A stretch of DNA of 14,793 bases. Source: a candidate division WOR-3 bacterium (GTDB lineage Bacteria > Hydrothermota > Hydrothermia > B15-G9 > WFZT01). Both the position numbers and the translations under genes were made by a program. Positions 13,528-14,793 of this stretch are shown one piece after another. Positions within the stretch are counted from its first letter, which is position 1, and each line of letters begins with the position of its first letter. Where the stretch lies: contig JALUEE010000048.1 in NCBI GenBank assembly GCA_027053075.1, positions 1 through 14,793 on the forward strand, read 5' to 3'. Under the pieces are notes generated by a model that did not search any database, was not told the DNA's origin, and saw nothing but the letters and a program-made list of their open reading frames with translations.

Positions 13528-14793
13528 AAAACATCAATACAAGTGCTATAATTGCGAAGATATCTATCACTATTAACGTCAGATTCAGGTCCTCAAACTT
13601 CCCAAGAAACAGCTTTATCAGCGTGTAAATCAAGAATCCCCAGACAATTCCCTGTGTGATAGAGTAAGTCAGCGGAATAAGGAAAAGCGCAGTAAATGCA
13701 GGAATCGCCTCATCCATCTTCTTCCAGTCAATATTCTTAAACGACTGAGCCATAAAGACACCAACTATAAAGAGCACAGGCGAGGTTGCCACAGCAGGAA
13801 CAAGAGACAGTATGGGACTGAAAAACATGAAAGGCAGGAAAAGGAGACCGGCCACCACAGCGGTGAGACCTGTTCGTCCTCCCTCCTCTACTCCGGCTGC
13901 CGACTCGATATAAGTTGTAGCAGACGAAGTTCCTGCGAGTCCGGAGATCGTAGTTCCAATTGCATCCACAAGGAGTGCCTTATCGATATTTATCGGCTGT
14001 CCTTCTTCGTCAATCAGTCCGCCAACGTAGGCCACACCGAGGAAGGTAGAAATCGAATCAAACATGTCGGTAAAGAGCAGGGTAAACCAGGGACCAATCA
14101 TTCCAATTGTTAGCGCGTCCTTTATATTGAGTTTCAAAAACACATCCAGCTTTGGCAGTGCAACAACACTTTTTGGAATACTCACAATGGGCTTTGCTAT
14201 CCATCCAGAATGCATCCCAATTAGGGTTACAATAAGGGCAATAACTGAATTAACGACGATAGAAATCACAAGGGCTCCTTTGATTTTCTTTGCAACGAGA
14301 ATGGACGTGATAAGCAGACCTGTGAGGAAAAGGATCGTTTGAACGTTAAAGCCACCAAAGGCAACCACAGTGCCGGGTCCATTTTTGATGAAGCCTACCT
14401 CAGCCATACCGATCAATGCGAGGAAGAGACCAATTCCAGATGCAACCGCGTACCTCAGGGACGCAGGAACCGCATTTACCACCCATGTTCTGACCTTTGT
14501 GACTGAAAGAATGATAAACACTATTCCGGAGATAAACACAGCCCCCAGTGCAGTTTGCCACGGAACCTTCATTCCGAGAACCAGTGTGAATGTAAAGAAC
14601 GCGTTGATTCCCATGCCAGGGGCGAGGGCATAGGGAAGATTTGCATACAACCCCATGAGAATGGACGAAATAGAGCTAACAATGACCGTGGCGAAGAGCA
14701 CACCGGAGAAGTCCATACCGGTCTTGGAAAGTATCATGGGGTTGACCACAATGATATATGCCATGGTGAGGAATGTGGTGACACCGGCAAGTA
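13526..14793 (-). CDS. NCS2 family AzgA/PbuG-type purine permease (5' end beyond window)
   Basis: The frame stays open to the window edge (LAGVTTFLTMAYIIVVNP). Motifs APGMGINAFF, GIGLFLALIG, DMFDSIST, TTYIESAAGVEEGGRTGLTA and PLTYSI, with many TM helices. Confidence 0.95.
   Translation of the reverse strand, partial: LAGVTTFLTMAYIIVVNPMILSKTGMDFSGVLFATVIVSSISSILMGLYANLPYALAPGMGINAFFTFTLVLGMKVPWQTALGAVFISGIVFIILSVTKVRTWVVNAVPASLRYAVASGIGLFLALIGMAEVGFIKNGPGTVVAFGGFNVQTILFLTGLLITSILVAKKIKGALVISIVVNSVIALIVTLIGMHSGWIAKPIVSIPKSVVALPKLDVFLKLNIKDALTIGMIGPWFTLLFTDMFDSISTFLGVAYVGGLIDEEGQPINIDKALLVDAIGTTISGLAGTSSATTYIESAAGVEEGGRTGLTAVVAGLLFLPFMFFSPILSLVPAVATSPVLFIVGVFMAQSFKNIDWKKMDEAIPAFTALFLIPLTYSITQGIVWGFLIYTLIKLFLGKFEDLNLTLIVIDIFAIIALVLMF

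Noticed and set aside
403..14633. Other short antisense or alternate-frame ORFs nested in rimM, trmD, the satD cassette, radical SAM, moxR, murA, tmcA and NCS2
   Set aside because: They lie within or across well-supported genes and have no motifs or evident initiation signals.

Overview
Bacterial chromosomal window, mostly housekeeping genes. It opens with rpsP (3' end)-khpA-rimM-trmD-rplS-HU, then a 30-aa basic ribosomal protein (bS22/AURKAIP1-COX24 type) that is below the ORF-track cutoff, and a metallophosphoesterase. Next is an AT-richer two-gene cassette: a SatD-like cyclase-fold/HTH protein and a SatE/DUF3307-like membrane protein, with two tandem TATAACC-N6-GGTTAT palindromes at their junction. 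Then come a B12/radical SAM-DUF2344 fusion, a MoxR AAA+ ATPase with no adjacent partners, murA, and a C4 zinc-ribbon coiled-coil protein on the minus strand. An archaeal-looking TmcA/Nat10 RNA cytidine acetyltransferase lies head-to-head with an ASCH-domain gene across only 16 bp that contain overlapping -10 boxes. A cluster of GC-rich BoxC/REP-like hairpins follows, and the window ends in an NCS2/AzgA permease cut by the edge. Five genes have a -10 box 6-8 nt before the start codon and no Shine-Dalgarno, which suggests leaderless mRNAs. The most interesting candidates are the TmcA/ASCH divergent pair and the SatD/operator/membrane-protein cassette. All family calls come from motif recognition by eye; no database search was run.
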